DNA of 64,000 nucleotides from a candidate division WOR-3 bacterium (GTDB lineage Bacteria; Hydrothermota; UBA3072): NCBI GenBank assembly GCA_023131835.1, contig JAGLZA010000024.1, positions 2,377 to 66,376 of the forward strand, read 5' to 3'. Shown piece by piece: positions 55,004 to 64,000 of this stretch (position 1 is its first letter; each line of letters starts with the position of its first letter). The notes under the pieces were generated by a model. It saw only the letters and a program-made list of their open reading frames with translations, ran no database searches and was not told where the DNA came from. The position numbers and the translations under genes were made by a program.

Positions 55004-55651
55004 CTACACAAAATTCTCAAATACATTCCTTTTGCTTACTTTATCATCCTTATAGATATAAACACAAAACTCATACGGCATATAATCATGTCTCAACACC
55101 ACTCGCCTTGATAAAGTCTTACAAAAATCTAGTATTTCTTCTGGTTGTACATAGTATGTACCATTAACCTCATAATCAACATAACTACTCATAAAATCTG
55201 CAGCTACCCCTTTGCTACATAACTCAAACATTTTTCTAAGCATACTTTGTACCCACAACTTACTATCAGATATTTTTTTATTAAAAACTCCTGAAACAAA
55301 AACCCAATCAAATTTCTCTTTAATGTCTTCTTCTTCTATGTCTTTAACTTTAAAGCAAACATCAGGATACACTTCTCTTGCTATTTTTATAAATTTTGGA
55401 TTAATATCATACCCTGTATATTTTATATTTAAACCTTTTTTTATTAAAAAACCATATAAATCCCCAAAGCCACATCCAACATCAAGGATAGAACAATTAT
55501 TTAAATTACTTTTTTCGGATAAAACACCGAATCTAATAGGTTGCCTTCCTTTAAACCATTGTAGGGATCTCGGATCGTAGCCATATTTCTCTAAACTCTC
55601 ATTGTAACTCTTAATTATTTTCTGTTTATCTTCCTTTTTCATTTCATACAC
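55004..55651 (-). CDS. Class I SAM-dependent methyltransferase.
   Basis: LDVGCGFGDL motif I. Confidence 0.6.
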   Translation of the reverse strand: MYEMKKEDKQKIIKSYNESLEKYGYDPRSLQWFKGRQPIRFGVLSEKSNLNNCSILDVGCGFGDLYGFLIKKGLNIKYTGYDINPKFIKIAREVYPDVCFKVKDIEEEDIKEKFDWVFVSGVFNKKISDSKLWVQSMLRKMFELCSKGVAADFMSSYVDYEVNGTYYVQPEEILDFCKTLSRRVVLRHDYMPYEFCVYIYKDDKVSKRNVFENFV

Positions 55652-56715
55652 CTTTCTAGTTCAGCAAAAGGTAATACATAGAACCATTGATATTCTCTTA
55701 GCAAATCCTCTGGACTTAGTTCAAGTATTTTGTCAATATCTCCATGTTGAATTGTATAGTAATAATAATGATAATCCTTAGCACCCCATCCTTTTTTAAA
55801 TTTATATAAGCTCTCCTGACTTTCCCAAGTTCCACCCCAATTCCAATATTTATAACCATTCTTTAGAGCATTTTTCATTCCTTCAAAAATCAGTAAACTT
55901 ATTGCTTGTTCTTTCCTATAATCAAAATACAAAACAGGTGTAAAGTATTCAACAGTATCTTTGAAATAAAATAATAATAATCCAGCAATAATTTTTTCAC
56001 CTTTCTTTGCATATAATAGTTCATATTCCTGTTTTCCATACCACTTTTGAATATCTTGAAAAAACAACTTTGGTTTTACAATTCCTCCTTTGATCGAAAT
56101 ATTTTCGTTATGCATATTGTATAGCTCTCCAAAGTCATCTGAATATTTAACCATGATATTATTTTTTATTGGTCTCCTTATTGCAGCTCTATTCCTTTTC
56201 TCTATGATATTGTACATAATCTCGTTTTCAATATCGTTCACGTTATTTCTAAACTCTGTTATTTGTGCCAATCTACTATCCTTAAATTTATATTGTATAT
56301 TTTTTTCATAGAATGAAAAATCACTATCAAAAGGTGAGGTTATTATTGTGGAAAAAATACAATTCTTTTCATTTGCAAAATTAATGAACTCCTTTAGTAG
56401 TTCTTTCTTTATCACTGTTTTTTTACTGTTGTTTAATCTAGAGTCAACTAAGAAGCCGCCGTTACTTCCGAAAAAAGGTAGAGAATTTAAAATATTACCG
56501 TGTCTATTTATCTTTAAGAAGGTTGGAATAGCACCTACAACCATATCATCCTCTTTAGCTATGATATAATATGATTTACAAGATAGACAAGATAGGAAAT
56601 TTCCAAGAAGATTCCTAAATGGAATACTATGATAAAACATGGCTTCACGACAATTGTGAAGCATGTTTGTATAGTTCTTTTCGTCTTCCCATTTCAGTAA
56701 GCTTATCTCAATCAT
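55639..56715 (-). CDS. Putative FemAB/Acetyltransf_6-like (GNAT-fold) acyl- or aminoacyl-transferase.
   Basis: Size (358 aa), context in the glycan cluster, and a weak resemblance in the FFGSNGG segment. The call is tentative. Confidence 0.3.
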   Translation of the reverse strand: MIEISLLKWEDEKNYTNMLHNCREAMFYHSIPFRNLLGNFLSCLSCKSYYIIAKEDDMVVGAIPTFLKINRHGNILNSLPFFGSNGGFLVDSRLNNSKKTVIKKELLKEFINFANEKNCIFSTIITSPFDSDFSFYEKNIQYKFKDSRLAQITEFRNNVNDIENEIMYNIIEKRNRAAIRRPIKNNIMVKYSDDFGELYNMHNENISIKGGIVKPKLFFQDIQKWYGKQEYELLYAKKGEKIIAGLLLFYFKDTVEYFTPVLYFDYRKEQAISLLIFEGMKNALKNGYKYWNWGGTWESQESLYKFKKGWGAKDYHYYYYTIQHGDIDKILELSPEDLLREYQWFYVLPFAELERCMK

Positions 56716-57652
56716 GGTTATTTAGTTCTCCTCTAAATTCTTTTTCACTTTTTATCGTTCTTTTAAGTCCCTTTTCAAAGCTATATACTGGCTCATAGCA
56801 TAAATCCCTCTTTGCTTTTGATATATCACCAAAGGAATGCTTTATGTCACCTTCTTTTGGGGCTTCATGTATGGGCTTTAAACTCTTCCCTATGAGCTTT
56901 ATTATTATATTTGCAAGCTCATTTATGCTTATGCTATTCCCATTTGCGATATTATATATACCCGTAGCATCGCTACTCATTACTAAAATATTCGCTCTTA
57001 CTACATCCTTAACAAACGTAAAATCCCTTGTTTGCTCTCCATCGCCATAAATCACAGGTGGCTTGTTTTCTGAAACTCTGTTTATGAACCTTGGAATAAC
57101 CGCAGCATAGTCTGAATAAGGATCCTGTCTCTGTCCATAGACATTGAAATACCGTAACGAAATTGTCTTTAAACCATAAACATCGTTAAAGACTTTACAA
57201 TAATACTCACCAATTAACTTTGTCACTGCATAAGGCGATAATAGACTTGGCGTCATACCTTCTCTTTTTGGTAGTTCTATAGTATCACCATAAACAGCTG
57301 AAGAAGAAGCATAAATAACTTTTTTTACTCCTCTGTCTCTTGCTGCAATTAGAACATTTAATGTTCCTTTTGCATTTACTTCATCCGTTCTTTTTGGGTC
57401 TTCAATACTCTTCTGAACACTTGCTATTGCAGCTTGGTGGAAAACATAATCCACATCCTTAAAAATACTTCTTAGGAAATTTAAATCAGTTATATTTCCC
57501 TTAACAAACTCAATATCTAAATTCCAGATATTCCTCATCTTTCCCGTAGATAAATCATCCACGATAATAATTTTGTTATCCTTTTCCTTTGACAGCTCTT
57601 CAGCAATATTCGAGCCTATGAATCCTGCTCCACCTGTTACAACAATTTTCAT
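56708..57652 (-). CDS. NAD-dependent epimerase/dehydratase (extended SDR), nucleotide-sugar 4-epimerase-like.
   Basis: VTGGAGFIGSNI is the GxxGxxG motif. YAVTKLIGEYY is the YxxxK motif. Confidence 0.7.
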   Translation of the reverse strand: MKIVVTGGAGFIGSNIAEELSKEKDNKIIIVDDLSTGKMRNIWNLDIEFVKGNITDLNFLRSIFKDVDYVFHQAAIASVQKSIEDPKRTDEVNAKGTLNVLIAARDRGVKKVIYASSSAVYGDTIELPKREGMTPSLLSPYAVTKLIGEYYCKVFNDVYGLKTISLRYFNVYGQRQDPYSDYAAVIPRFINRVSENKPPVIYGDGEQTRDFTFVKDVVRANILVMSSDATGIYNIANGNSISINELANIIIKLIGKSLKPIHEAPKEGDIKHSFGDISKAKRDLCYEPVYSFEKGLKRTIKSEKEFRGELNNHD

Positions 57653-57668
57653 TTTACAACCCCTCTCC

Positions 57669-58709
57669 TTATTTTTTGATACCTCTAACTGTTATACCGC
57701 TATCCCCTATATCAAAAACAACAATTTCCATGTCGGTGAACCAACCTTTCACCTCATCAGGAGTATGCCGATGTGCATGCTTAGGATGATACCAATCGAA
57801 GTTAGTCATTACATTTTCATCAAAACTAAAATCATCATTCCAGAAGCATTTCAAAAAGTGATAAAAAATAAAACGCTGTATATCATATTTGCCTTGCTTT
57901 ATTCGTAAGACTGGTATGTCTGGAACTTTGATATCTATTTTCAAGTCTGAAATTTCTTTTCCTAACTTTGTGATACCCTCACACACCTTCCAACATTCCT
58001 CAGGTGAGAGCTTCGTTGTAATTTCTCTAATATAGTCATCTGAAAATTCTCGTATCGGTGCTTTCTGTTTATAAACATATATCTGAATTTCCCCTCTAGT
58101 TGTTAGACAATTCACAAGACTTTCAAAAGCTAACTTTGTGGATGAAGTATGGTGCAGAACACCTTCACTTGCAATAAAATCAAATAAACCTTTTTCAAAT
58201 GGTAGATTAAGAACATCTGCCTGTATTATATGAGTATTGCTCAAGGATTTTGTATTTTGATATGCTAAATCAGCAGAACCAATATCTACTCCAAAAACCT
58301 CTCCTCTTGTCATGTTTGCATATAAAGCAACATCGTGACCTGTTCCACAACCTGCATCCAAAATTAATCTTTTTGTAGATAAAAATGATTTAAATTTTTC
58401 TTTTGTCCAATGATATTTCTCATTATACCACTTATAATGGGATTCTGCACTCGAACCATCAAAACCAAACCTCGGATACCAATTCCATTTAACATTAAAA
58501 CTATTAGAGGTCTGTTTGACATTTGAATCTTTTTCTTCAACCAATAGACGAGGGACACCATTCGTAATTCTAAATATTTTCCCACAATTGTTATTCTTAC
58601 AAATAAGTTCTCCTTCTTCTATATGTTCTCCATCGGTCTGTTCTACTTTAATAGATAAATCTGATTTACAGACAGGGCATACAAGATAAGATAATATATT
58701 TTTTCTCAT
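57669..58709 (-). CDS. SAM-dependent methyltransferase with an N-terminal Trm112-like zinc ribbon.
   Basis: CPVCKSDL...C..NNC. LDAGCGTGHD. Confidence 0.6.
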   Translation of the reverse strand: MRKNILSYLVCPVCKSDLSIKVEQTDGEHIEEGELICKNNNCGKIFRITNGVPRLLVEEKDSNVKQTSNSFNVKWNWYPRFGFDGSSAESHYKWYNEKYHWTKEKFKSFLSTKRLILDAGCGTGHDVALYANMTRGEVFGVDIGSADLAYQNTKSLSNTHIIQADVLNLPFEKGLFDFIASEGVLHHTSSTKLAFESLVNCLTTRGEIQIYVYKQKAPIREFSDDYIREITTKLSPEECWKVCEGITKLGKEISDLKIDIKVPDIPVLRIKQGKYDIQRFIFYHFLKCFWNDDFSFDENVMTNFDWYHPKHAHRHTPDEVKGWFTDMEIVVFDIGDSGITVRGIKK

Positions 58710-58712
58710 TTT

Positions 58713-59609
58713 TTATTTCCCTCCTATTAGCCATTCAAATGTTTCTCTTAAACCATCCCATAATTCTGTCTCGGGTACGCTACCAAACAACTTCTTAAGT
58801 TTCCCTGTATCTGCAACAAAGTTACCAATTTCTCCAGCACGTAGAGGTAAGTAATTTATTTTTGGTTCGATTCCAAGTACCTCTCCTGATACTTTCACAA
58901 CCTCTTTTATTGTTGCACCCTTACCAGTTCCAAGATTCACAACTTCGTTCTTTATGTCTTTCTTTATTGCCTTTAAATAAAACTTAGCTACATCACCTAC
59001 ATACACAAAATCCCTTGTTTGTGACCCGTCACCAAACACATTAAAAGAACCTTCTGTTGTTAATTTCCTATATACCATTGGTATTAGACCACCACTTTCT
59101 GGATACTGGTATTGTCCATAAATATTAAAAAACCTGAAGACTAGATAGTCTAATCCATAGAGTTCTTGATAAACCCTTAGATAATGCTCAATTGCATATT
59201 TTGCCACAGCATAGGGAGTCTTCGGACTGCATGGATGTCTTTCATCTACTAGATTGTTTTTAACATCTCCAACCAAAGAAGATGCAGATGAGAATATTAT
59301 TTTATCTATACCATGCTCTCGTGCAGCATCCATGATATTAAGTGTGCCTTCGATATTTATCCTAGCATTAAGTTTTGGTTTTTCTATTGATATAGGTAAA
59401 GGACTCGCTGCAAGGTGAACCACAATATCAGATCCCTTTACTACTTTTGATACTTCATTGTAATTCAAAAGATCTGCCTTAATAAAATCTACACCTCCAT
59501 TTTTCACCTCCTTAATATCCGATACTATAATTTCCATGTTTGCCTCTTTTAATGTTTCAATGACGTTTCTACCAACAAAACCAGATGCTCCAAACACTGC
59601 TATTTTCAT
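58713..59609 (-). CDS. NAD(P)-dependent epimerase/dehydratase or reductase (SDR).
   Basis: VFGASGFVGRNV. YAVAKYAIEHY is the YxxxK motif. Confidence 0.65.
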   Translation of the reverse strand: MKIAVFGASGFVGRNVIETLKEANMEIIVSDIKEVKNGGVDFIKADLLNYNEVSKVVKGSDIVVHLAASPLPISIEKPKLNARINIEGTLNIMDAAREHGIDKIIFSSASSLVGDVKNNLVDERHPCSPKTPYAVAKYAIEHYLRVYQELYGLDYLVFRFFNIYGQYQYPESGGLIPMVYRKLTTEGSFNVFGDGSQTRDFVYVGDVAKFYLKAIKKDIKNEVVNLGTGKGATIKEVVKVSGEVLGIEPKINYLPLRAGEIGNFVADTGKLKKLFGSVPETELWDGLRETFEWLIGGK

Positions 59610-60712
59610 TTTATTCCTCCATAATCTCTTATAAGTGATGAAATTGATTCCACTACATACTCCTGATCCTCATAAGACAACTCGTGATGCAATGGTAACG
59701 TTAAAAGATTCTTAAATAACATCTCAGAATTTTTAAGATCGCTGTTTCTTTTAACATCCACATAACTCGGTTCTAAATGCAATGCATAAGTACCTATCTG
59801 TGTTTCTATGCCTTTCTTAAGTAAATCCTGACGTAGTTTATCCCTCCACCCTTCTTTTTCTATGTATATACAATACGATTGAAACGTATGCCTTATATTT
59901 GGTTTTACTATAGGTGGTCTAATATAATTAATCCCCTTTAGTAACTCAGTATAGATTCTTGCCATCTCTATTCTGTCTCCTAAAATCTTATCAAGTTTTT
60001 TTAGTTGTTCTAACCCAATCGCCGCTACAATATTACTCATTTTGTAATTCGTTCCGTGATACATAAATCTCCCATTTTCTACTCCAAATGTCTTGAGGGA
60101 ACGTGCCTTTTCTGCAAATTCACTATTATCTGTTGTAAGCATCCCACCCTCCCCTGTTGTCATCACCTTTCTCGGATGAAAACTAAAAACACTCATACCC
60201 GCAAACGAACCAACTTTTTTATCTCCAATCTTTGCACCTACACTACATGCTGTATCCTCAAGAATTGGGATATTATATTCCTCTCCTAACTTGTATATCG
60301 TTGGATCAAGTGGATTTCCACCCCACGGAACTGGTATTATGCATTTTGTCTTATCCGTTATAGCATTCTCAATCCCAGCTACAGTTGTGTTATAACTTTC
60401 CAAATCCACATCCACAAGTATTGGCTCTGCACCTACCTGACAAACGCAATCACCAGTTGCAGGATGTGTAAAATCTGGAACAATTACTTCGTCTCCTGAA
60501 CCAACCCCTAAAACCTGTAATCCAAGTTCCATCCCAATTGCACATGAAGTTACTGCAACACCATACTTAGCTCCTACATATTCTGCAAACTTCTCCTCAA
60601 ACTCTTTTGTCACTGGTCCTTCAGTTAGATATTTTGATTCAAATACCTTTCTCACTGCTTCTAACTCTTCCTTACCCACAAAGGGTCTCATTAGGTATAT
60701 TTTCTTTTTCAT
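59606..60712 (-). CDS. DegT/DnrJ/EryC1/StrS-family PLP-dependent sugar aminotransferase.
   Basis: SFHPRKVMTTGEGGML is the family's PLP-lysine signature. Size 368 aa. Confidence 0.75.
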   Translation of the reverse strand: MKKKIYLMRPFVGKEELEAVRKVFESKYLTEGPVTKEFEEKFAEYVGAKYGVAVTSCAIGMELGLQVLGVGSGDEVIVPDFTHPATGDCVCQVGAEPILVDVDLESYNTTVAGIENAITDKTKCIIPVPWGGNPLDPTIYKLGEEYNIPILEDTACSVGAKIGDKKVGSFAGMSVFSFHPRKVMTTGEGGMLTTDNSEFAEKARSLKTFGVENGRFMYHGTNYKMSNIVAAIGLEQLKKLDKILGDRIEMARIYTELLKGINYIRPPIVKPNIRHTFQSYCIYIEKEGWRDKLRQDLLKKGIETQIGTYALHLEPSYVDVKRNSDLKNSEMLFKNLLTLPLHHELSYEDQEYVVESISSLIRDYGGIK

Positions 60713-62139
60713 TTTTTATACTCCTTTTTATTCACTCTTTCTACCCTTACCAAATGCATAACTATCCTAATAAACCTTATATAATTCATAAGGATATATT
60801 TCCTAAAATCCCTTTCCTTAATGAATTTTTTCGCCACCTTAATCCAATAACCAGAATTACCACTCTTAAGCGTTTTCAATATTATAATTTCTTCAAGTTT
60901 ATGATTCCATTCCATTAGCTCTTTCTTAGATAAGAACAAAGATGGAAAAAGAGGTTTCACCCTTGCACTAACATAATCATCTACAGTCAAATCTCTTGTT
61001 AGTAACCCCAATTTCTTATATTCTTCATAAAGAGGAGTTCCACGTAATGGTCGAACAAACTGCGGTTCAAAAGAAATACGGCTATACTTAAAAAGAATAT
61101 TCTTTATTTTTTTAAGTGTGTTGTTTGTTTCCCAAGGAAATCCAACCATTATATTTAATGATGGCTCAATCCCAACAGTTAAGCAATTTTTTATTGCCTC
61201 ATCAATATTATCAATTGGAACATTCTTCTTTATTTTTTCTAAAATTCCACTATCAGCACTTTCTATTCCTATTGCAACCAGATGACATCCCGCATCATGC
61301 ATTTTTTTCAATAAATCAATGTTTTTAATACACTGATCCATACGAATGTCTGTACTCCATTTTGCTTTTATGCCTGATTTTATGATTTCATCACAGAGTT
61401 GCTCAGTCCATTTTCTATTTGCAAGCATATTCAAATCATGTAACCAAATATGGTCAACCTTTCCTACAACTACATCCAATTCTGATAGTAGGTCTCTAAT
61501 TTTCCTTTTACGAGGTTTTGTTTTTCGATAAAAACAGAAAGTACATGAACATGGACAACCACGACCAGATTCAAGAAAAATATGTTCATACCTTGATAGA
61601 TCAATTGTTTTAAGAAATTCCACTGTTGAAGGTAGATGTTCTAAGCTATCAAGTGGTGGTCTTTTACCATTATCAACTATACTTAAACCATCTCTGTATA
61701 TTATTCCTGTAAAATCTATATCTTTTTTACCATTCTGTAACTCCTTAAGTAACTCTCCTAAGACAAGTTCTCTCTCATAGAGCCTTATTGTATAATCTAT
61801 AAATTGATATTTTTCCATCACTTCTAATTCTAAGCCATCAAATGGATCATTTAGAACCATGACGGTAATTTTACCTTCTTTATTTGCCTTCTCTAGATAT
61901 CTTATACCGTCATAAAATCCTTCCAAAAGAGCAACCCAAGAAACAACAACATCATAGTCATCAAATGTTATACTATCCCTTCCCTCAGTAGGAACATTTT
62001 GAACATCAATATTTAAACCCTGTTTTCGGCAGTAAGCACCAGCTAGAAAAATTGAACAACAAAGTCTTAAGTGAGCTGGTTCCCCTGCACCACATTCATC
62101 ACAAACATAACGTTCAGACTTTACGAACAAAGTTTTCAT
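60709..62139 (-). CDS. B12-binding radical SAM enzyme (class B).
   Basis: ESGRGCPCSCTFC is the CxxxCxxC motif. An N-terminal B12-binding-like domain. Confidence 0.7.
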   Translation of the reverse strand: MKTLFVKSERYVCDECGAGEPAHLRLCCSIFLAGAYCRKQGLNIDVQNVPTEGRDSITFDDYDVVVSWVALLEGFYDGIRYLEKANKEGKITVMVLNDPFDGLELEVMEKYQFIDYTIRLYERELVLGELLKELQNGKKDIDFTGIIYRDGLSIVDNGKRPPLDSLEHLPSTVEFLKTIDLSRYEHIFLESGRGCPCSCTFCFYRKTKPRKRKIRDLLSELDVVVGKVDHIWLHDLNMLANRKWTEQLCDEIIKSGIKAKWSTDIRMDQCIKNIDLLKKMHDAGCHLVAIGIESADSGILEKIKKNVPIDNIDEAIKNCLTVGIEPSLNIMVGFPWETNNTLKKIKNILFKYSRISFEPQFVRPLRGTPLYEEYKKLGLLTRDLTVDDYVSARVKPLFPSLFLSKKELMEWNHKLEEIIILKTLKSGNSGYWIKVAKKFIKERDFRKYILMNYIRFIRIVMHLVRVERVNKKEYKK

Positions 62140-62140
62140 A

Positions 62141-63487
62141 TTATTTATCCCACCGATAATTAAATAATTTCAATCTTTCCTTTTCAAACAGCTTGTATAT
62201 TTTGACAAATCGTTCTATACTAACCTCATCAGTAAGTAATATCTGGTTTTTATTTATAATATCCTCTTCCTCGAGTTTACCACCTAATTCCTTCATTTTT
62301 AGCATATTCCAATTCATATTTTCAGATACTTTACCTTTCTTCATAGCAGATTCCCATAATAGCGTTTTGGGATATGGTGTTGCAATAAAATGAGCAAACT
62401 TATCTAGCTTTAAACTCTTTATAAAAACTAAAGTTTTGAGCATATCCTTTTCTGTTTCACCAGGAGAACCAATTATAAGAGATCCACACACACTAAAACC
62501 ATACCTTTTTGCAAGCTTAACAGCATTTCTAATTTGTCTAATTGTAAGTGTATTATTTTTTAGGTAGTCTAAAAACTTCTGGGAACCTGATTCTATTCCA
62601 AAATCAACATTAATCACACCCATCCTTTTTAGATTCTTACAAATATCTTCATCAAATATATCTGCTTTTGCATTAATGCCAAATTCAACTTCATGGTTTA
62701 TACCATCTTTACAAATTAATTCAGCAATTTTATGTAACCTTTTTTTATTAATAGCAAAAAGGTCATCATATAAATGAACATACTTAACTTTATATTTTTC
62801 TATTAATAGTTTTATCTCTCCTAAAACATACTCTGGTGAAAAGTAACGTATATTCCCCCAAAAAGCTGCTGCAGAACAAAAAGCACATTTATAAGGGCAT
62901 CCTCTTGAAGTAAACATAAAAGTACCTCGTCCAAAATATGGTCCAAAAACATTTGTCTTAGCAAGATAATGTTCCATATCGAGTAAATCCCTATCAGGAT
63001 ATGGTATTTTATCTAGCGGTTTAATTTTTTCTCTTTTTTCTGTTTTTATTATCCTTTTATTCTCTCTAAAAACAATCCCTTTTATGTTATGTAATTGCTC
63101 CTTTTTTAGCCCTCTCTCTTTAAACAAAGAAACTAATTCTAACATTGTTTGTTCTCCCTCTCCTATAACACCAACATCACATGAACTTGGTAATGAATTA
63201 GGAAGTTCAGAAATATGAAAACCACCAATTATAACAGGAACATCCATTTCCTTTTTGATATTATTTGCAATTTCTACTGCTGCATTATATTGGATTGTTA
63301 TTGCACTTATTCCAATTAGGTCTGGTGAAAATCTATGAATACATGTCAGATCCTTTGGTATATACTCTAAAATTTTAATATTCACATCATCCATATATTT
63401 TCTCAAATATGAGGCAATATATGTCGGTCCTAAAGATGGTAATCCCTGTAAACTATCATTGGTAGATATTAATAATATTTTTATCAT
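62141..63487 (-). CDS. B12-binding radical SAM enzyme (class B).
   Basis: SRGCPYKCAFCS is the CxxxCxxC motif. An N-terminal B12-binding-like domain. Confidence 0.7.
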   Translation of the reverse strand: MIKILLISTNDSLQGLPSLGPTYIASYLRKYMDDVNIKILEYIPKDLTCIHRFSPDLIGISAITIQYNAAVEIANNIKKEMDVPVIIGGFHISELPNSLPSSCDVGVIGEGEQTMLELVSLFKERGLKKEQLHNIKGIVFRENKRIIKTEKREKIKPLDKIPYPDRDLLDMEHYLAKTNVFGPYFGRGTFMFTSRGCPYKCAFCSAAAFWGNIRYFSPEYVLGEIKLLIEKYKVKYVHLYDDLFAINKKRLHKIAELICKDGINHEVEFGINAKADIFDEDICKNLKRMGVINVDFGIESGSQKFLDYLKNNTLTIRQIRNAVKLAKRYGFSVCGSLIIGSPGETEKDMLKTLVFIKSLKLDKFAHFIATPYPKTLLWESAMKKGKVSENMNWNMLKMKELGGKLEEEDIINKNQILLTDEVSIERFVKIYKLFEKERLKLFNYRWDK

Positions 63488-63499
63488 TGTTTTATTCCT

Positions 63500-64000
63500 T
63501 TATCCCATTTTATTTATGTTCAACTCTGGATTTCTAACGTCCCCATTTATAAATATGCCATACCAAATCTCAAATGTTAATAAGTTCCACATTACGTTGT
63601 AATGCATATTCAATCTCGGATTTGGTATTTCATTTAGCACCTTGTTAATATAATCTTGTTTAAAATAACCATCCTTCACCAGATTGCTTTCAGATAATTT
63701 CTGTATTGCTATTTCACGCAACTCTCTTAGATATGTCTCATAAGTTTCACTAGCAAATCCTCGCTTCTCTTTTTTCAAAACTTCTTTTGGTAGCAAATCC
63801 TTCATTGCCATCTTCAAAATATACTTTCCATTCGGATCTTTAAGTTTTAAATGTGGTGGTATAGTAAATGCAAAATCTACCAGTTTACCATCCAGAAATG
63901 GAACCCTACTTTCGACTGAATGTACCATATTCATCCTATCATCCACTAAAAGAAAATCATCAACCATCTTAACACCAAAATCCGTTAAGAACACTTGATC
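63500..64000 (-). CDS. Asparagine synthetase (glutamine-hydrolysing)-like amidotransferase. Only the C-terminal part is in the window; the 5' end is beyond it.
   Basis: HSVESRVPFLDGKLVDFAFTIP...LPKEVLKKEKRGF is typical of the AsnB C-terminal synthetase domain. The frame stays open to the window edge. Confidence 0.6.
   Translation of the reverse strand, partial: DQVFLTDFGVKMVDDFLLVDDRMNMVHSVESRVPFLDGKLVDFAFTIPPHLKLKDPNGKYILKMAMKDLLPKEVLKKEKRGFASETYETYLRELREIAIQKLSESNLVKDGYFKQDYINKVLNEIPNPRLNMHYNVMWNLLTFEIWYGIFINGDVRNPELNINKMG

Overview
This 64 kb window is AT-rich (roughly 30-35% GC by eye). Apart from a short plus-strand island at about 37.3-40.2 kb, almost every gene lies on the minus strand in tight, often overlapping operons. 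Most start codons are preceded by a strong AGGAGGTGA-type Shine-Dalgarno sequence.

I see no rRNA, tRNA or CRISPR array.

The content splits into three blocks:

- **Accessory or mobile-element-like block (about 1-37 kb).** It holds three giant, extremely N-glycosylation-sequon-rich (NxS/T) surface or adhesin-like proteins of 2518, 1521 and 1211 aa, with internal tandem repeats and membrane-anchoring tails.
  - Many small lysine-rich or membrane ORFan proteins, several C2H2-type zinc fingers, and a P-loop ATPase sit among them.
  - Six homing-endonuclease-like genes are present. Three are HNH nucleases and three are Vsr-like PD-(D/E)xK nucleases. All carry NUMOD3-like repeats and N-terminal zinc ribbons or fingers.
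  - Each giant gene is followed immediately by one of these nuclease genes.
- **Plus-strand island (about 37.3-40.2 kb).** It encodes a tandem pair of small membrane glycoproteins, one of them frameshifted. It also encodes a secreted protein with a PEF-CTERM-like sorting tail, next to an archaeosortase/exosortase-family membrane protein.
- **Protein-glycosylation cluster (about 41.8-64 kb).** It contains four GT4 glycosyltransferases, a Wzx-like flippase, a GT-C-like polytopic membrane protein, four SAM methyltransferases, two SDR epimerase/dehydratases and a DegT-type sugar aminotransferase.
  - It also contains one SPASM radical SAM enzyme, three B12-binding radical SAM enzymes and a partial asparagine-synthetase-like amidotransferase.

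The heavy N-glycosylation, the archaeosortase/PEF-CTERM pair and the agl-like cluster point to an archaeon, or to an archaeal extrachromosomal element or virus. I cannot assign a taxon from sequence alone. All functional calls rest on motifs read by eye. No database search was run.
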